A DNA stretch of 64,000 nucleotides, taken from positions 96,001-160,000 of the forward strand of contig JBKAGE010000036.1 of assembly GCA_046290225.1 (NCBI GenBank), in the 5' to 3' direction. The position numbers and the translations under genes were made by a program. The notes below the pieces were generated by a model that was not told the DNA's origin, did no database searches, and was given only the letters and a program-made list of their open reading frames with translations. This stretch comes from Bradymonadia bacterium (GTDB lineage Bacteria; Myxococcota_A; Bradymonadia; UBA7976; UBA1532). Shown piece by piece: positions 9,131 to 19,272 of this stretch; the first letter of the stretch is position 1, and the number at the start of each line of letters is the position of its first letter.

Positions 9131-9694
9131 ATGAACACGCCTGCCCCCAAGGCCACCACTCAGGTCATGGATCGAGTCGGCGACTCGCTCTCCGAGCGCG
9201 CCTACCTCCCGGCCATCTTCGGCGGCCTCAAGGTCACCACCCGTCACTTCTTCCGAAACCTCTTCGGCAAGAAGGACACGGTGACCGTCAGCTACCCCGA
9301 AGAGAAGATTCAGTACAGCCGCCGCTGGCGTGGCAAGCACCGCCTGCTCAAGCGGGAAGACGGCGAGCCCCGCTGCGTGGCCTGCTACATGTGCTCCACC
9401 GCCTGCCCGGCGAACTGTATCCATATCGTCGCCGGTGAGCACGACGACAAGGGCCGCGAGAAGTTCCCCGTACGCTTCGAGATCGACGAGCTGCGCTGCA
9501 TTTACTGCGGTATGTGCGAAGAGGCGTGCCCCTGTGACGCCATCCGCATGGACACGGGCGTACACGCTGATCCTGTCTATGATCGCGAGAAGGCCTGGGT
9601 CCGCAAGGAGACCCTCCTCGCCCGCGAGCCCCTGCCCAACGCCGATCGTGGCGCTCAGGCCGAGGGCCCCATCTGCGCGGTGTCCAGCCTGTAA
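9131..9694 (+). CDS. nuoI: NADH-quinone oxidoreductase subunit I-like 2[4Fe-4S] protein
   Basis: TVSYPEEK...[44 protein letters not shown]. Confidence 0.9.
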   Translation: MNTPAPKATTQVMDRVGDSLSERAYLPAIFGGLKVTTRHFFRNLFGKKDTVTVSYPEEKIQYSRRWRGKHRLLKREDGEPRCVACYMCSTACPANCIHIVAGEHDDKGREKFPVRFEIDELRCIYCGMCEEACPCDAIRMDTGVHADPVYDREKAWVRKETLLAREPLPNADRGAQAEGPICAVSSL

Positions 9695-9752
9695 TGCTCG
9701 ATTGAGCGCCTTCGCCGATGGCTGAGGGCCATCGATCACCGAGTCAACTGAC

Positions 9753-10370
9753 TCAGCGAGCCCGCCGCTTCTGGCGGGTTTTCTTTTTGGTGGGTTTGCC
9801 CGCTCCAGGCTTCCGCTGGCCCGGGCGCTGGGGGCCCGCCTCGTCCATGGCCTTCTCTTTTTGAAGCTTCTGGTGCTTCTTCAAGGCCCGTGAGCGCACG
9901 AGGTGGCTCACATGATCCACCATCACCACCCCCTCGATGTGATCGATCTCGTGCAGCAACGCCCGAGCGCCGAGGTCCTGGGCCTCGATCTCGAAGAACT
10001 CGCCCTTGACGTCCTGCGCCTTGATCTTGATCGCCTTGGGACGAGTGACGTGGATGTAGACCCCGGGGAACGACAAGCAGCCCTCCTCCGCGGAGATGGT
10101 CTCCTCGCTCTTCCAGACCACCTCGGGGTTGATGATCACCACGTCGGGCTGCCCTCGACCCTCTTCGCCCTTGAAAGCGTACGGGTTGATCAGCAGCAGC
10201 CGAGCGTCGATGCCCACCTGGGTAGCGGCGAGGCCGAGGCCGTCTTCGGCGGCCATGGTCTCCGTCATGTCCTTCACAGTGGCCTCGAGGGCCTCGTCGA
10301 AGGCCTCCACGGACCTCGCTCGAGTGCGAAGGAACGGGTTCGGATAGGGCAGAACCTTGAGGACCGCCAT
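9753..10370 (-). CDS. def: Peptide deformylase
   Basis: GLGLAATQVG, EEGCLS, HEIDHIEG; basic C-terminal tail; GGGAG RBS. Confidence 0.95.
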   Translation of the reverse strand: MAVLKVLPYPNPFLRTRARSVEAFDEALEATVKDMTETMAAEDGLGLAATQVGIDARLLLINPYAFKGEEGRGQPDVVIINPEVVWKSEETISAEEGCLSFPGVYIHVTRPKAIKIKAQDVKGEFFEIEAQDLGARALLHEIDHIEGVVMVDHVSHLVRSRALKKHQKLQKEKAMDEAGPQRPGQRKPGAGKPTKKKTRQKRRAR

Positions 10371-10529
10371 TGCAACTCCCTGACATCTCTGACATAACAC
10401 CGGTCGGCCGCGAGCCGACGGGCGCGTTTTCACGAGGCCCTCCGAGAGGGCCCGGCGCTTCATAGCAGATCACCGCGATCTCAGGGAAGATGCCCGCACG
10501 GCCACCATCGACTGCACAGGAGCCTTCAC

Positions 10530-10919
10530 TTGAGCGCCAAGGGTCCCCGCCAATCCTCTCCGCTGTTCGTCGACCCGGAAGATCTCGAGGCTGATCTCTC
10601 CACGATTCAAGACCTGCTCGACACGTACAGCCGACAGTTCAGGGGCACTCTGCAACGCATTCACTTCAAGCGCGGATTTGGTGTGGTGAAGGGCCACAAC
10701 GGCAAGACGTACGAGTTTTCGGTGCAGACCGTCTCAGTGGGCGGCGCACTGCAGCGCCTGCGGGACATCAAGCCGGGCATGGCGGTGACCTTCGATCTCG
10801 CCCACACCGAGCGCGGTCCCCGCATCAGCCGTTTGTGGGTGGGGGCGCTCAAATCGCCTGCAGAGGCGCTGAGCATGGAGTCCACGGCTTCGCTCGACGA
10901 TGAGGTCGAGTCCGACTAG
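10530..10919 (+). CDS. Cold-shock-domain-like OB-fold protein
   Basis: GTLQRIHFKRGFGVVK...IKPGMAVTFDLAHTERGPRISRL resembles a CSD; AGGAG before TTG. Confidence 0.55.
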   Translation: MSAKGPRQSSPLFVDPEDLEADLSTIQDLLDTYSRQFRGTLQRIHFKRGFGVVKGHNGKTYEFSVQTVSVGGALQRLRDIKPGMAVTFDLAHTERGPRISRLWVGALKSPAEALSMESTASLDDEVESD

Positions 10920-10944
10920 AGGCCCTCACGAAAGCGCGGCCTTC

Positions 10945-11436
10945 TCAGCCTTCCGCTTTCAGAGCCTCAACGGCGGCGATCACGTCTTCTGCGTGACCCT
11001 TGACCCTCACCTTGGGCCAGTGCTGGCGCACGATGCCTTCTCCGTCGATGAGCACGGTGCTGCGGATCGGGCCGATGGAGACCTTGCCGTACAGCTTTTT
11101 CTCTCCCCAGGCAGCGAAGAGTTTGTGCACTGTACCGTCGCGGTCGCTGAGCAGCGGGAAGTTCAGACTCTGCTTCTGTCGAAACCGCTCGTGGCTCCCC
11201 ACAGTATCACGGCTGATGCCCAACACGACGGCGCCGCTCGCCTCGACACGATCCATGCGATCGCGGAAGTCGCAGGCCTCGGTGGTGCAACCGGGGGTGT
11301 TGTCCCGGGGGTAGAAATAGATCACCACCGTCTTCCCCTTGAAGGCGGACAGGCGCACGTCGCCGTGGGCGTCGGAGGGCAGTTCGAAATCAGGGGCCAC
11401 CTGGCCGATCTCAAGGGTGGACACGTCGTCGCTCAT
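10945..11436 (-). CDS. bcp: Thioredoxin-dependent peroxiredoxin Bcp
   Basis: GQVAPDFEL...YFYPRDNTPGCTTEACDFRD; GGAGGA RBS before ATG 11436. Confidence 0.93.
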   Translation of the reverse strand: MSDDVSTLEIGQVAPDFELPSDAHGDVRLSAFKGKTVVIYFYPRDNTPGCTTEACDFRDRMDRVEASGAVVLGISRDTVGSHERFRQKQSLNFPLLSDRDGTVHKLFAAWGEKKLYGKVSIGPIRSTVLIDGEGIVRQHWPKVRVKGHAEDVIAAVEALKAEG

Positions 11437-11628
11437 CGCTTTCTCCTCCATTGTGTTCGTGGGCACAGCAGCGCCCAGAGTGGGTGGAGGACGCCACAGA
11501 ACACCTCGCGGTCGCAAGCGTCGAGGTGATGCGGGAAAAGCCTTCTGTGACAGTGATGTTTCATTGACAAGGCGCTTTGTCCGATGACAGTGTTGCGCCC
11601 TTTTCGACTGCCCGGCACAGGTGTCTCG

Positions 11629-12513
11629 ATGCATGCTTCGACCAATGAGCGTCCGCAGAGCTACCCCGTAGACCTGCACGCCCACAGCACCTGCTCCGAC
11701 GGCGCCCTCTCGCCGCAAGCGCTGGTGCAGAAGGCGGCGGCGCGCGGGGTGCGCATCTTCGCCCTCACTGATCACGACACCACAGTGGGCATCCCCGCCG
11801 CCATGGAGGCCGCCGAGCCCCTCGGCGTCACCATCGTGCCCGGGGTGGAGATCAGCGCCCACCACGAGCGCGAGGTGCATGTGCTGGGCTATTTCATTGA
11901 TCCCGAGTACCCCGAGTTGAAGGCCATCATGGCCACCCGGAAGCTCGATCGAGAAGAGCGAGTACGTACGATCTGTGCCCGCCTCAAGGGTCTGGGCATG
12001 CCCCTCGACGCCGAGGGCATCATCCGCCACGCTGGCGGCAACGTGGGCCGACCGCACGTGGCCCGGGCCATGGTCTTCGCGGGCTACGTGAAGACCTTCG
12101 ACGAAGCCTTCAAGCGCTTCCTGGGCTCGAACAAGCCCGCCTATGTGGCTGCGAGCTACCTGCCGGTCTCCGAGGCCATCGCCATGATTCATCGGGCCGG
12201 CGGCCTCGCCGTGGTCGCCCATCCGTGCGCTGACAACCTCGCTCGGGCCATCCCCACATTTGCCGAATGGGGCCTCGATGGCGTCGAGGTCTATCACCCG
12301 GCTCACCACCCCGGGCAACGCCGCGCGCTGTTGAAGCTGTGTGAGGTGCACGATCTCGTGGTGACCGGTGGCACCGATTTCCACGGCCCTGATGGAGATC
12401 CCCCAGGGACTTTCGGCCTCGAGCCCCAGGTGTTCGAAGCCATGCTGGCCCGCCGTCAACAGAGACAGCTCGTAGATCCAGCAGCGACGAAGCCCCAGCC
12501 CTCTGCATCCTGA
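11629..12513 (+). CDS. PHP-domain phosphoesterase (TrpH/YciV-like)
   Basis: DLHAHSTCSDG, ALTDHDT, GVEIS, HVLGY, GRPHVARA, GGTDFHG. Confidence 0.92.
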   Translation: MHASTNERPQSYPVDLHAHSTCSDGALSPQALVQKAAARGVRIFALTDHDTTVGIPAAMEAAEPLGVTIVPGVEISAHHEREVHVLGYFIDPEYPELKAIMATRKLDREERVRTICARLKGLGMPLDAEGIIRHAGGNVGRPHVARAMVFAGYVKTFDEAFKRFLGSNKPAYVAASYLPVSEAIAMIHRAGGLAVVAHPCADNLARAIPTFAEWGLDGVEVYHPAHHPGQRRALLKLCEVHDLVVTGGTDFHGPDGDPPGTFGLEPQVFEAMLARRQQRQLVDPAATKPQPSAS

Positions 12514-12556
12514 GGGCACGCTCGCCCGTTTTCAGCACCGCACACACTGAGGGCTC

Positions 12557-13123
12557 ATGTCCGATCCATCCGCCCCACCAGAGGGGCTCGACACGCCTGC
12601 GGCTGTGACGGCCTTCCTCGAGAGCCTCGACGCCGACTTCTCCGATCCCGAGCTCAACCGTACCCCGGAGCGGGTCACCCAACTCTGGCGCGACAATCTG
12701 CTCTCAGGGCACCGCCTGGATCCGCGAGAGGCGCTGGGCAAACCTCTGGATGCTGAGGGCGAAGGCGTCATCACCCTCACAGGGATCCCCTTCCACGGCA
12801 TGTGCCCTCATCATCTGCTGCCCTACTTCGGCGTGGCCCACGTGGCCTATGATCCGAGGAAGGCCATCGTGGGCATTGGCTCGCTGGAACACATGGTGAA
12901 CGCCTGCTCCAGACGGATGATCCTGCAGGAGACGCTCACCAAGATGGTGGTGGACACCCTCATGACCCATCTGGACGCAGCGGGGGCGGCCTGTGCCATC
13001 GAGGCCACCCACCTCTGCATGATCCTCCAAGGGCGCGAGCCCCGCTCCGCTCGAGTCCACACCCGACAGGCTGCGGGCTCTCTACAAGGACGCCACGACA
13101 TCCTCCCCCCGGTGACCGCATGA
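12557..13123 (+). CDS. folE: GTP cyclohydrolase I (FolE-like, divergent)
   Basis: TPERV, MCPHHLLPYFG, LQE, EATHLCM. Confidence 0.8.
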   Translation: MSDPSAPPEGLDTPAAVTAFLESLDADFSDPELNRTPERVTQLWRDNLLSGHRLDPREALGKPLDAEGEGVITLTGIPFHGMCPHHLLPYFGVAHVAYDPRKAIVGIGSLEHMVNACSRRMILQETLTKMVVDTLMTHLDAAGAACAIEATHLCMILQGREPRSARVHTRQAAGSLQGRHDILPPVTA

Positions 13124-13803
13124 GCCTGCACGACCCCAAGATCGTCTTCATCACCGGCGCCAGTCGGGGCATCGGCGCCGCCTGCGCCCGCCACTTCGCC
13201 GCTCGAGGCGTCAGGGTGGGCCTGCTCGCACGGTCCTCCGAAGCCATCACCGCCCTCGCGGAAGAGCTCGGTGGTGCCGCGGCGACGTGTGACGTTGCGG
13301 ATCCACAATCGGTGAGCGACGCCATCTCTGGCCTCGTCGACCAGCTGGGGCCTGCAGATGTGCTGGTGAACAACGCCGGTGTGGTGGCCAATCACCCTGT
13401 GGCGGAGCACCCCACTGAGGCCTGGCGCCAGGTCATGGCGGTGAACCTCGACGGCCCGTTCTACGCCTCGAGGGCGGTGTTGCCTGCCATGATCGCGCAG
13501 GGGGCCGGCCGCATCGTCAACGTCGCCAGCATCAGCGCCACCCTCGGCACCCCGGGACTCTCCGCATATTGCGCTTCGAAATGGGGCCTGGTGGGCTTCA
13601 CCAAAGCCTTGAGCGAAGAGGTGAAGGGCAAGGGTGTCGTGGTCACCGCCTTAAACCCCGGGAGCGTAGACACCGACATGTTGAGGGCGAGTGGCCTGGA
13701 TTTCCCGCCCCAGATGACGCCGGAAGAGGTGGCGGCATCGGTGTGGTTCCTGGCAACAGGGCCCGCGGCCATCGCTGGCGCGGCCCTCGATATGTTCGGC
13801 TGA
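13120..13803 (+). CDS. SDR family oxidoreductase
   Basis: TGASRGIG, NNAG, YCASK. Confidence 0.93.
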   Translation: MSLHDPKIVFITGASRGIGAACARHFAARGVRVGLLARSSEAITALAEELGGAAATCDVADPQSVSDAISGLVDQLGPADVLVNNAGVVANHPVAEHPTEAWRQVMAVNLDGPFYASRAVLPAMIAQGAGRIVNVASISATLGTPGLSAYCASKWGLVGFTKALSEEVKGKGVVVTALNPGSVDTDMLRASGLDFPPQMTPEEVAASVWFLATGPAAIAGAALDMFG

Positions 13804-13908
13804 ACCCACCCCCTGCGTCTTGCACCTGTGGTGATCGGGGGTTAAGGTCGAAACCTTGTCGTCGACCAGGGCCACTCCTGCTCGACGATGATATGCAGAG
13901 GATCGCCC

Positions 13909-15090
13909 ATGGCCTCCATGACCAATCGGCCCGCCGCTGTGTCCAACCCCGTCACAGGGGATCACGTGGCTCTCCCTGCCCAGCCCACGAACGGCATCGG
14001 GTTCCACCCCATCGGCACCAACAACAGCGGCGAGCTGCTCGACCGCCTCGACGCCCTGCTCCAGACCCTCGAAGAGGCTCGGGGCGCCACTCAGCTCATC
14101 ATCATCAAGGGGCACCCGGACCCCGACAGCATCGCCAGCGCCGTGGCTCATCGTCACCTGAGCAATGCCTTCGACATCGAGTCGACCATTCTGTTCTTCG
14201 ACGAGATCTCCCACCCCGAGAACCGGGCCCTCGCCAAGAGCATCGAAGCTGATCTGCAGCGGTACCACGAGGGTTTCGACTTCAGCGCCTTCGATTACCT
14301 GTCCTTCGTCGACACCCAGACCCCCGAGTTGCCGGTGCAGGTGCACAACCCACCTCCGGTGCTCAGCCTCGTGGATCACCACAAGGCCATGGGCGGCTTC
14401 GAGGCCCGCTTCATCGACATCCGGGAAGACGCCGGCAGCACCTCGAGCATCTACGCCGAGTACCTCTCGAACAGCTCTCTGGGCCTCAAGCCCGGCGACA
14501 CCGAGAACGCGCTCCTCGCCACGGCCCTCATGCACGGCGTGCGCAGCGACACCGACAACCTGTTGCTGGGCTACCCCATCGACTTCCGCGCCGGGGCCTA
14601 CCTGCGGCCCTTCCTCGACAACGATCTGCTGCGGGTGATCAGCAAGCAGTCCATGACCGCGCGCTCGATGGAGATCATCCAGCGGGGTCTGAACTCGAAG
14701 ACCATCAAGGGCACCTTCCTGCTCGCCCGAGTGGGCTTCGTTCGCGACGAAGATCGCGACGGCATCGCCCAGGCCGCGGACTTCCTGCTGCGCCACGAGG
14801 GTGTGGAGACGGCCCTGGTCTACGGCATCGTCAACGGCGACTGCATCGACGGCTCGTTCCGTACCACCAGTCACACCATCGATCCGGACACCTGGATCAA
14901 GACCACCTTCGGCATGGACCCCTTCGGCCGGCCCTACGGCGGTGGCCGCCGCAACAAGGGAGGCTTCCGCATCCCGCTGGGCGTCTTCGCCAAGTGCCGT
15001 GATCGCGAGGCTCTGTGGGCCATCGGCAAGACCACCGTCGACGATCTCGTCTTCGAGAAGATCGGTGTGAACAAGCCCAAGGAAGACTGA
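13909..15090 (+). CDS. DHH/DHHA1 phosphoesterase (NrnA-like)
   Basis: HPDPDSIASA, VDT, VDHH, SDTD, GGGRRNKGG. Confidence 0.88.
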   Translation: MASMTNRPAAVSNPVTGDHVALPAQPTNGIGFHPIGTNNSGELLDRLDALLQTLEEARGATQLIIIKGHPDPDSIASAVAHRHLSNAFDIESTILFFDEISHPENRALAKSIEADLQRYHEGFDFSAFDYLSFVDTQTPELPVQVHNPPPVLSLVDHHKAMGGFEARFIDIREDAGSTSSIYAEYLSNSSLGLKPGDTENALLATALMHGVRSDTDNLLLGYPIDFRAGAYLRPFLDNDLLRVISKQSMTARSMEIIQRGLNSKTIKGTFLLARVGFVRDEDRDGIAQAADFLLRHEGVETALVYGIVNGDCIDGSFRTTSHTIDPDTWIKTTFGMDPFGRPYGGGRRNKGGFRIPLGVFAKCRDREALWAIGKTTVDDLVFEKIGVNKPKED

Positions 15091-15300
15091 CCTCTCCCCC
15101 AGTTTTCTGCCCCACGGCCCACCCCCCTCGCCATCATCACGGCAAACAGCAAGAAAACCTGGACGGGTTCTGTTTCATCGAATAGCCAGAGTTCAGCGGC
15201 GTCCTTGCAACGCCGCAGGCCCGAACTTATGCTTCGGCGCCATCTCGACGAGGTCATTTGATGGGACCCCGGGCCCACAACCATTGATGAGGATCGCAGC

Positions 15301-15906
15301 ATGAAGCGCAGTCTGTTCGCCCTCGCCCCCATGGCACTCCTGCTCACCACCGCCTGCGGTGGCCCCTCCTACGTGCGGGGCAGCGAGAACCCCGAGCTGG
15401 ACGAGTACGCCATGTCCACGGGCCTCGACAAACGAGATCTCGAGTCGCTCTTCAAGCAGAACGTGAAGAGCCTCATGAAGAGCGGGGCCATGAACCGCTG
15501 GAAGGACGCCTCCCGCTCCGGCAAGGAGCCCACGGTGGCCATCTTCCCCATGAAGAACGAGACCTCGGAGCACATCGACAGCCAGCTCGACGCTCTGCTC
15601 AGCGATTTCGAGACCGAGCTCGTGAACAGCGGCTACGTCACGGTCATCAGCCACGAGCGCCAGCGCCAGCTGGTGAAGGAGCTGAAGATGCAGACCTCGG
15701 CGGCTTTTGATCCCGACAAGGCCGCGCAGCTCGGCAAGCAGCTCGGCGCCCAGTACTTCGTCACCGGCAAGGTGTACGACTCCGCCGAGAAGAGCGGCAG
15801 CGAGCGTCGCGTGCAGTACTTCCTGTTCATGCAGGCCGTCGACGTCGAGACCGGCGCCATCCGCTGGCAGAACAAGGCCACCCTCACCAAGGGCCTGGTC
15901 AAGTAA
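15301..15906 (+). CDS. lpoB: LpoB-like penicillin-binding protein activator lipoprotein
   Basis: Lipobox LTTAC; KNETSEHID, AAQLGKQLGAQYFVTG, VDVETGAIRW. Confidence 0.75.
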   Translation: MKRSLFALAPMALLLTTACGGPSYVRGSENPELDEYAMSTGLDKRDLESLFKQNVKSLMKSGAMNRWKDASRSGKEPTVAIFPMKNETSEHIDSQLDALLSDFETELVNSGYVTVISHERQRQLVKELKMQTSAAFDPDKAAQLGKQLGAQYFVTGKVYDSAEKSGSERRVQYFLFMQAVDVETGAIRWQNKATLTKGLVK

Positions 15907-15908
15907 TC

Positions 15909-17291
15909 ATGTCGGCACGCGGTCTGCTCACGGTGGCGGTGCTGCTCATCGCCTGGCCCGCCCTCACCGGCTGCGGTGGCTACGCCAACACGAGCGAAGC
16001 CTTCCGGAGATCGATGGCGGGTGGGCAACCCGGGCAGGCCCTCGTGGCGGCGAACACCGCCCTCGGCGTCGATGACGCCAAGAGCCTGCCCAAGGGTCGG
16101 GGCCCCGATACGCCCCTGTTGTTGCTTGAGCGGGCGACGATTCTGCAGGCCATGGGCGAGTACGAGCTGTCCGCCCGCGACTTTCAGGCCGCCGACAAGA
16201 ACCTCGAGGTCCTCGACTTCACCTCCGACACCGCCGGCAGCATCGGGAAGTACCTCTACTCCGATGATTCGACGGTCTACAAAGCGCCGCCTCACGAGAA
16301 GCTGCTGGTGAACACCTTGAACATGCTCAACTACCTCGTCCGAGGTGATTTGAGCGGTGCCAAGGTGGAGGCCCGCCGTCTCACGGTGAATCAGAAGTAC
16401 TACAAAGACGCCGAGCCCGACGCTCGAGGCATGATGGCCTTCAGCTCCTATCTCGCAGGCTTCACCTTCGAGATGGCGGGAGATGCTCAAGAGGCTCAGC
16501 GCTACTACGGCGATGCTCAAGAGGCCGGTGGAGTGCCCACGCTCAAGCGCGCCGCTCGACGACTGCACACAGTGGCTGGGGTGGGTGATGTCCGACTCAA
16601 GGGCGTCTTGAATCAGACCATCAACATCCCCGAGGCCATGAAGAAGCCCAGTAAGAAGCCAGGTGACGTGCTCATCGTGGTGCAGACGGGCATGGCCCCC
16701 TTCAAGTCGCCCAAGCGGGTGCCCATCGGCGCCGCCATCGTCTCCGCATCGCAGCCCGGTCCTGGCGCTCGCCTCTCTCGCTCAGAGCAGCGGCGGGCGA
16801 ACAACTTCGCCGCCAAGGGTATCCTGAAGTGGGTGAACTACCCGCAGCTCAAGCGATACCGCAGCAACCTCTCCTCGGTGAACCTGTCGGTGGACGGCAA
16901 AGACGTGCCCGGTGGCCGCGCCCTCGACGTGCAGAGCCGGGTGGTGAAGGAGTACCAGCGCATCGAGGGTACGTTGCTCGCCGCCGCCATCACTCGATTG
17001 CTCACCCGCGCCGTCGCCGGTGAGCTCACCCAGGCCGCCGCCTCGGGCAAGAAGAAGAACAGCCTCGCCGCCACCTTGCTCGGCCTCGCCGTCGAAGGTG
17101 CCCTCACCGCCGCCGATACGCCGGATACCCGCAGTTGGGTCACGCTGCCGGCGCAGCTCTACATCGCCCGCAAGCAGCTGCCTCCGGGCAAGCACACCAT
17201 TCGGCTCAAAGTCCGCGGCCAGCTGCGGGAGGCCGCCGTCGATCTCCAGCCCGGCGGCTTCGCCGTGGTGAACTTCTCCGATTTGCGGTGA
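15909..17291 (+). CDS. TPR-like lipoprotein (COG3014-like), a usual LpoB neighbour
   Basis: Lipobox LTGC; AKVEARRL; ADTPDTRSWVTLP. Confidence 0.75.
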   Translation: MSARGLLTVAVLLIAWPALTGCGGYANTSEAFRRSMAGGQPGQALVAANTALGVDDAKSLPKGRGPDTPLLLLERATILQAMGEYELSARDFQAADKNLEVLDFTSDTAGSIGKYLYSDDSTVYKAPPHEKLLVNTLNMLNYLVRGDLSGAKVEARRLTVNQKYYKDAEPDARGMMAFSSYLAGFTFEMAGDAQEAQRYYGDAQEAGGVPTLKRAARRLHTVAGVGDVRLKGVLNQTINIPEAMKKPSKKPGDVLIVVQTGMAPFKSPKRVPIGAAIVSASQPGPGARLSRSEQRRANNFAAKGILKWVNYPQLKRYRSNLSSVNLSVDGKDVPGGRALDVQSRVVKEYQRIEGTLLAAAITRLLTRAVAGELTQAAASGKKKNSLAATLLGLAVEGALTAADTPDTRSWVTLPAQLYIARKQLPPGKHTIRLKVRGQLREAAVDLQPGGFAVVNFSDLR

Positions 17292-17347
17292 AGCCTCGCG
17301 ATCCTCAGTCGTCTGAGGGCCAACTGAATTCATCAGGGAGCAGACCC

Positions 17348-17908
17348 ATGAACACGCGCATTGTGGCCACCCTCGCCGGGGCTACCCTCTTGCTCACGAC
17401 CTCTTCTGCCTGGGCTCTCGACGCCTGGCGAGATCGCCGCGGCCTTTACTACGGCGCCACGGTGGGCGCTGGCAGCGGTCAGCTCAAACTCAAAGAGGAG
17501 ATCCCAGGCGCTGAAGATCTCGAGGGTGAGCTGGGCCTCAACGTGCGCTTGCGCGTGGGTGGTGGGGCCACCAAGAACCTGACCCTCGATGCCGAGCTCG
17601 GCCTGTGGTCGGGCCTCGATGACGATCCCCTCAAGCCCACCGCGGGCATCACCACCGGCTTCATCGGGGCCAACGTCTTCGTCGCCGACGGGTTCTACCT
17701 CCGAGGCTTCGGCGGGTTGACCTACATGTCCCTCGATGATGCTGACGCGGATGCAGAGACTGGGCTCGGCGTGGGCTTCGGGGCTGGCTACGAGTTCTTT
17801 GCCAACTCCGATCTCGCCGTCGGCGTCGGTGCTGACTATCAAATGCACTTCTACGATGACTACGAGTTCAACCTCTTCAACCTCGGGGTCTCCCTCAACT
17901 ACTACTGA
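17348..17908 (+). CDS. Outer-membrane beta-barrel protein
   Basis: Signal peptide (AWA), amphipathic strands, aromatic C-terminus (LNYY); GGGAG RBS. Confidence 0.75.
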   Translation: MNTRIVATLAGATLLLTTSSAWALDAWRDRRGLYYGATVGAGSGQLKLKEEIPGAEDLEGELGLNVRLRVGGGATKNLTLDAELGLWSGLDDDPLKPTAGITTGFIGANVFVADGFYLRGFGGLTYMSLDDADADAETGLGVGFGAGYEFFANSDLAVGVGADYQMHFYDDYEFNLFNLGVSLNYY

Positions 17909-17934
17909 GCTTGATCGCTCAGCCCCCTCCCATC

Positions 17935-17963
17935 TTGCCCCCAGCGGCGCCCCTGAGTACCCT
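17935..17963 (+). promoter_or_regulatory. sigma70-type promoter for prfB
   Basis: TTGCCC-N17-TACCCT. Confidence 0.4.
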
Positions 17964-17998
17964 GCGCGCTCCAATCATCCCCTCCGAGGAGCCGCACC

Positions 17999-19136
17999 AT
18001 GTCCGATCAGCTCAGCGCCGACATCAACGAGATCCGCTCCAAGATCACCGAGATGCGCGACAGGCTCCTCGAGCTCCGGAGGTATCTTTGACGGGGATCA
18101 CAAGCGCGAGCGCCTCGCCGAGCTCGATCACCTCTCTGGCCAGGGCGACTTCTGGGACGATCAGGAGAAGGCTCAGGAGCTGCTGAAGGAGCGCAACCAG
18201 ATCAAGAGCGAGCTCGACCTGCTCTCTTCTGTGGGGGGCCTGCTCGACAACGCCGAGGTCGTGTGTGAGCTCTGCGAGGAGATGGAGGACGACAGCGAGC
18301 TCCCCGAAGCCCACAAGGAGCTCGAGGCGGCAAAGAAGCAGCTGGACAAGATGGAGTTCCAGCGCATGCTCAGCAGCCCCCACGATCCGTCAAACGCTTT
18401 CGTGAACATCAACCCCGGCGCTGGTGGCACCGAGAGCCAGGACTGGGCCGAGATGCTCTACCGCATGATCACGCGGTACTGCGAGCGCAAGGGCTGGAAG
18501 GTTGAGGTCACCGATTATCAAGAGGGTGAAGAGGCCGGCCTGAAGAGCGCCACTTTTCGGGTGGAGGGCGACTTCGCCTTCGGCTACCTCAAGGCCGAGA
18601 ACGGCGTGCACCGGCTGGTGCGCATCAGCCCTTACGACGCCAAGGGGCGCCGTCACACCAGCTTCGCCAGCGTCGAGGTGCTGCCCGAAGTTGATGAAGA
18701 CATCGACATCGAGCTCAACGAGGGCGACGTGAGCATGGAGACCTTCCGCTCCAGCGGCGCCGGCGGTCAGCACGTGAACAAGACCAACTCCGCCGTGCGC
18801 CTGCGGCACAAGCCCACGGGGGTGGTGGTGGAGTGTCAGGCAGAGCGCAGCCAGCACAAGAACCGGGCCACGGCCATGAAGCTGTTGAAGGCCAAGCTCT
18901 ACCAGATCGAGCTCGAGAAGCGGACCGAGGAGCGCGACCAGCTCTACGCCGGCAAGGCCAAGATCGACTTCGGCAGCCAGATCAGGAGCTACGTGCTCTA
19001 CCCCTACCAGATGGTCAAAGATCTGCGCACGCAGCACCAGACCAGCAACACTCAAGGCGTGCTCGACGGCGATCTCGACGACTTCGTGCAGGCCTTCCTG
19101 CTCGCCTTCTCCGGGCAGCAGACCGCCGAGGCATAG
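17999..19136 (+). CDS. prfB: Peptide chain release factor 2 (programmed +1 frameshift at 18086-18092)
   Basis: ORF1 17999-18088 MSDQ...LRRYL then TGA; the +1 frame carries GGTESQDWAEML, GVHRLVRISPY, GAGGQHVN. Confidence 0.97.
18078..18092 (+). promoter_or_regulatory. RF2 frameshift cassette
   Basis: GGAGG-TAT-CTT-TGA-C. Confidence 0.97.
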
Positions 19137-19190
19137 CGCCCCTCATAGTGCCCCTCGCAGCGTCTCTCATTGGGCAATCGCCCCGCGGCC

Positions 19191-19219
19191 TTGACCCTCG
19201 GGAAGGGTGCGACTAACTT
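19191..19219 (+). promoter_or_regulatory. sigma70-type promoter for lysS operon
   Basis: TTGACC-N17-TAACTT. Confidence 0.5.
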
Positions 19220-19272
19220 TCGGCGCCTTGTAGCCGGGCTCACCGGCCTGCCACCACGAGAGGCACCCCCAA

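Noticed and set aside
17736..17998. N-terminal extension of RF2 in the ORF track
   Set aside because: Artefact of the +1 frameshift; it overlaps the OMP gene
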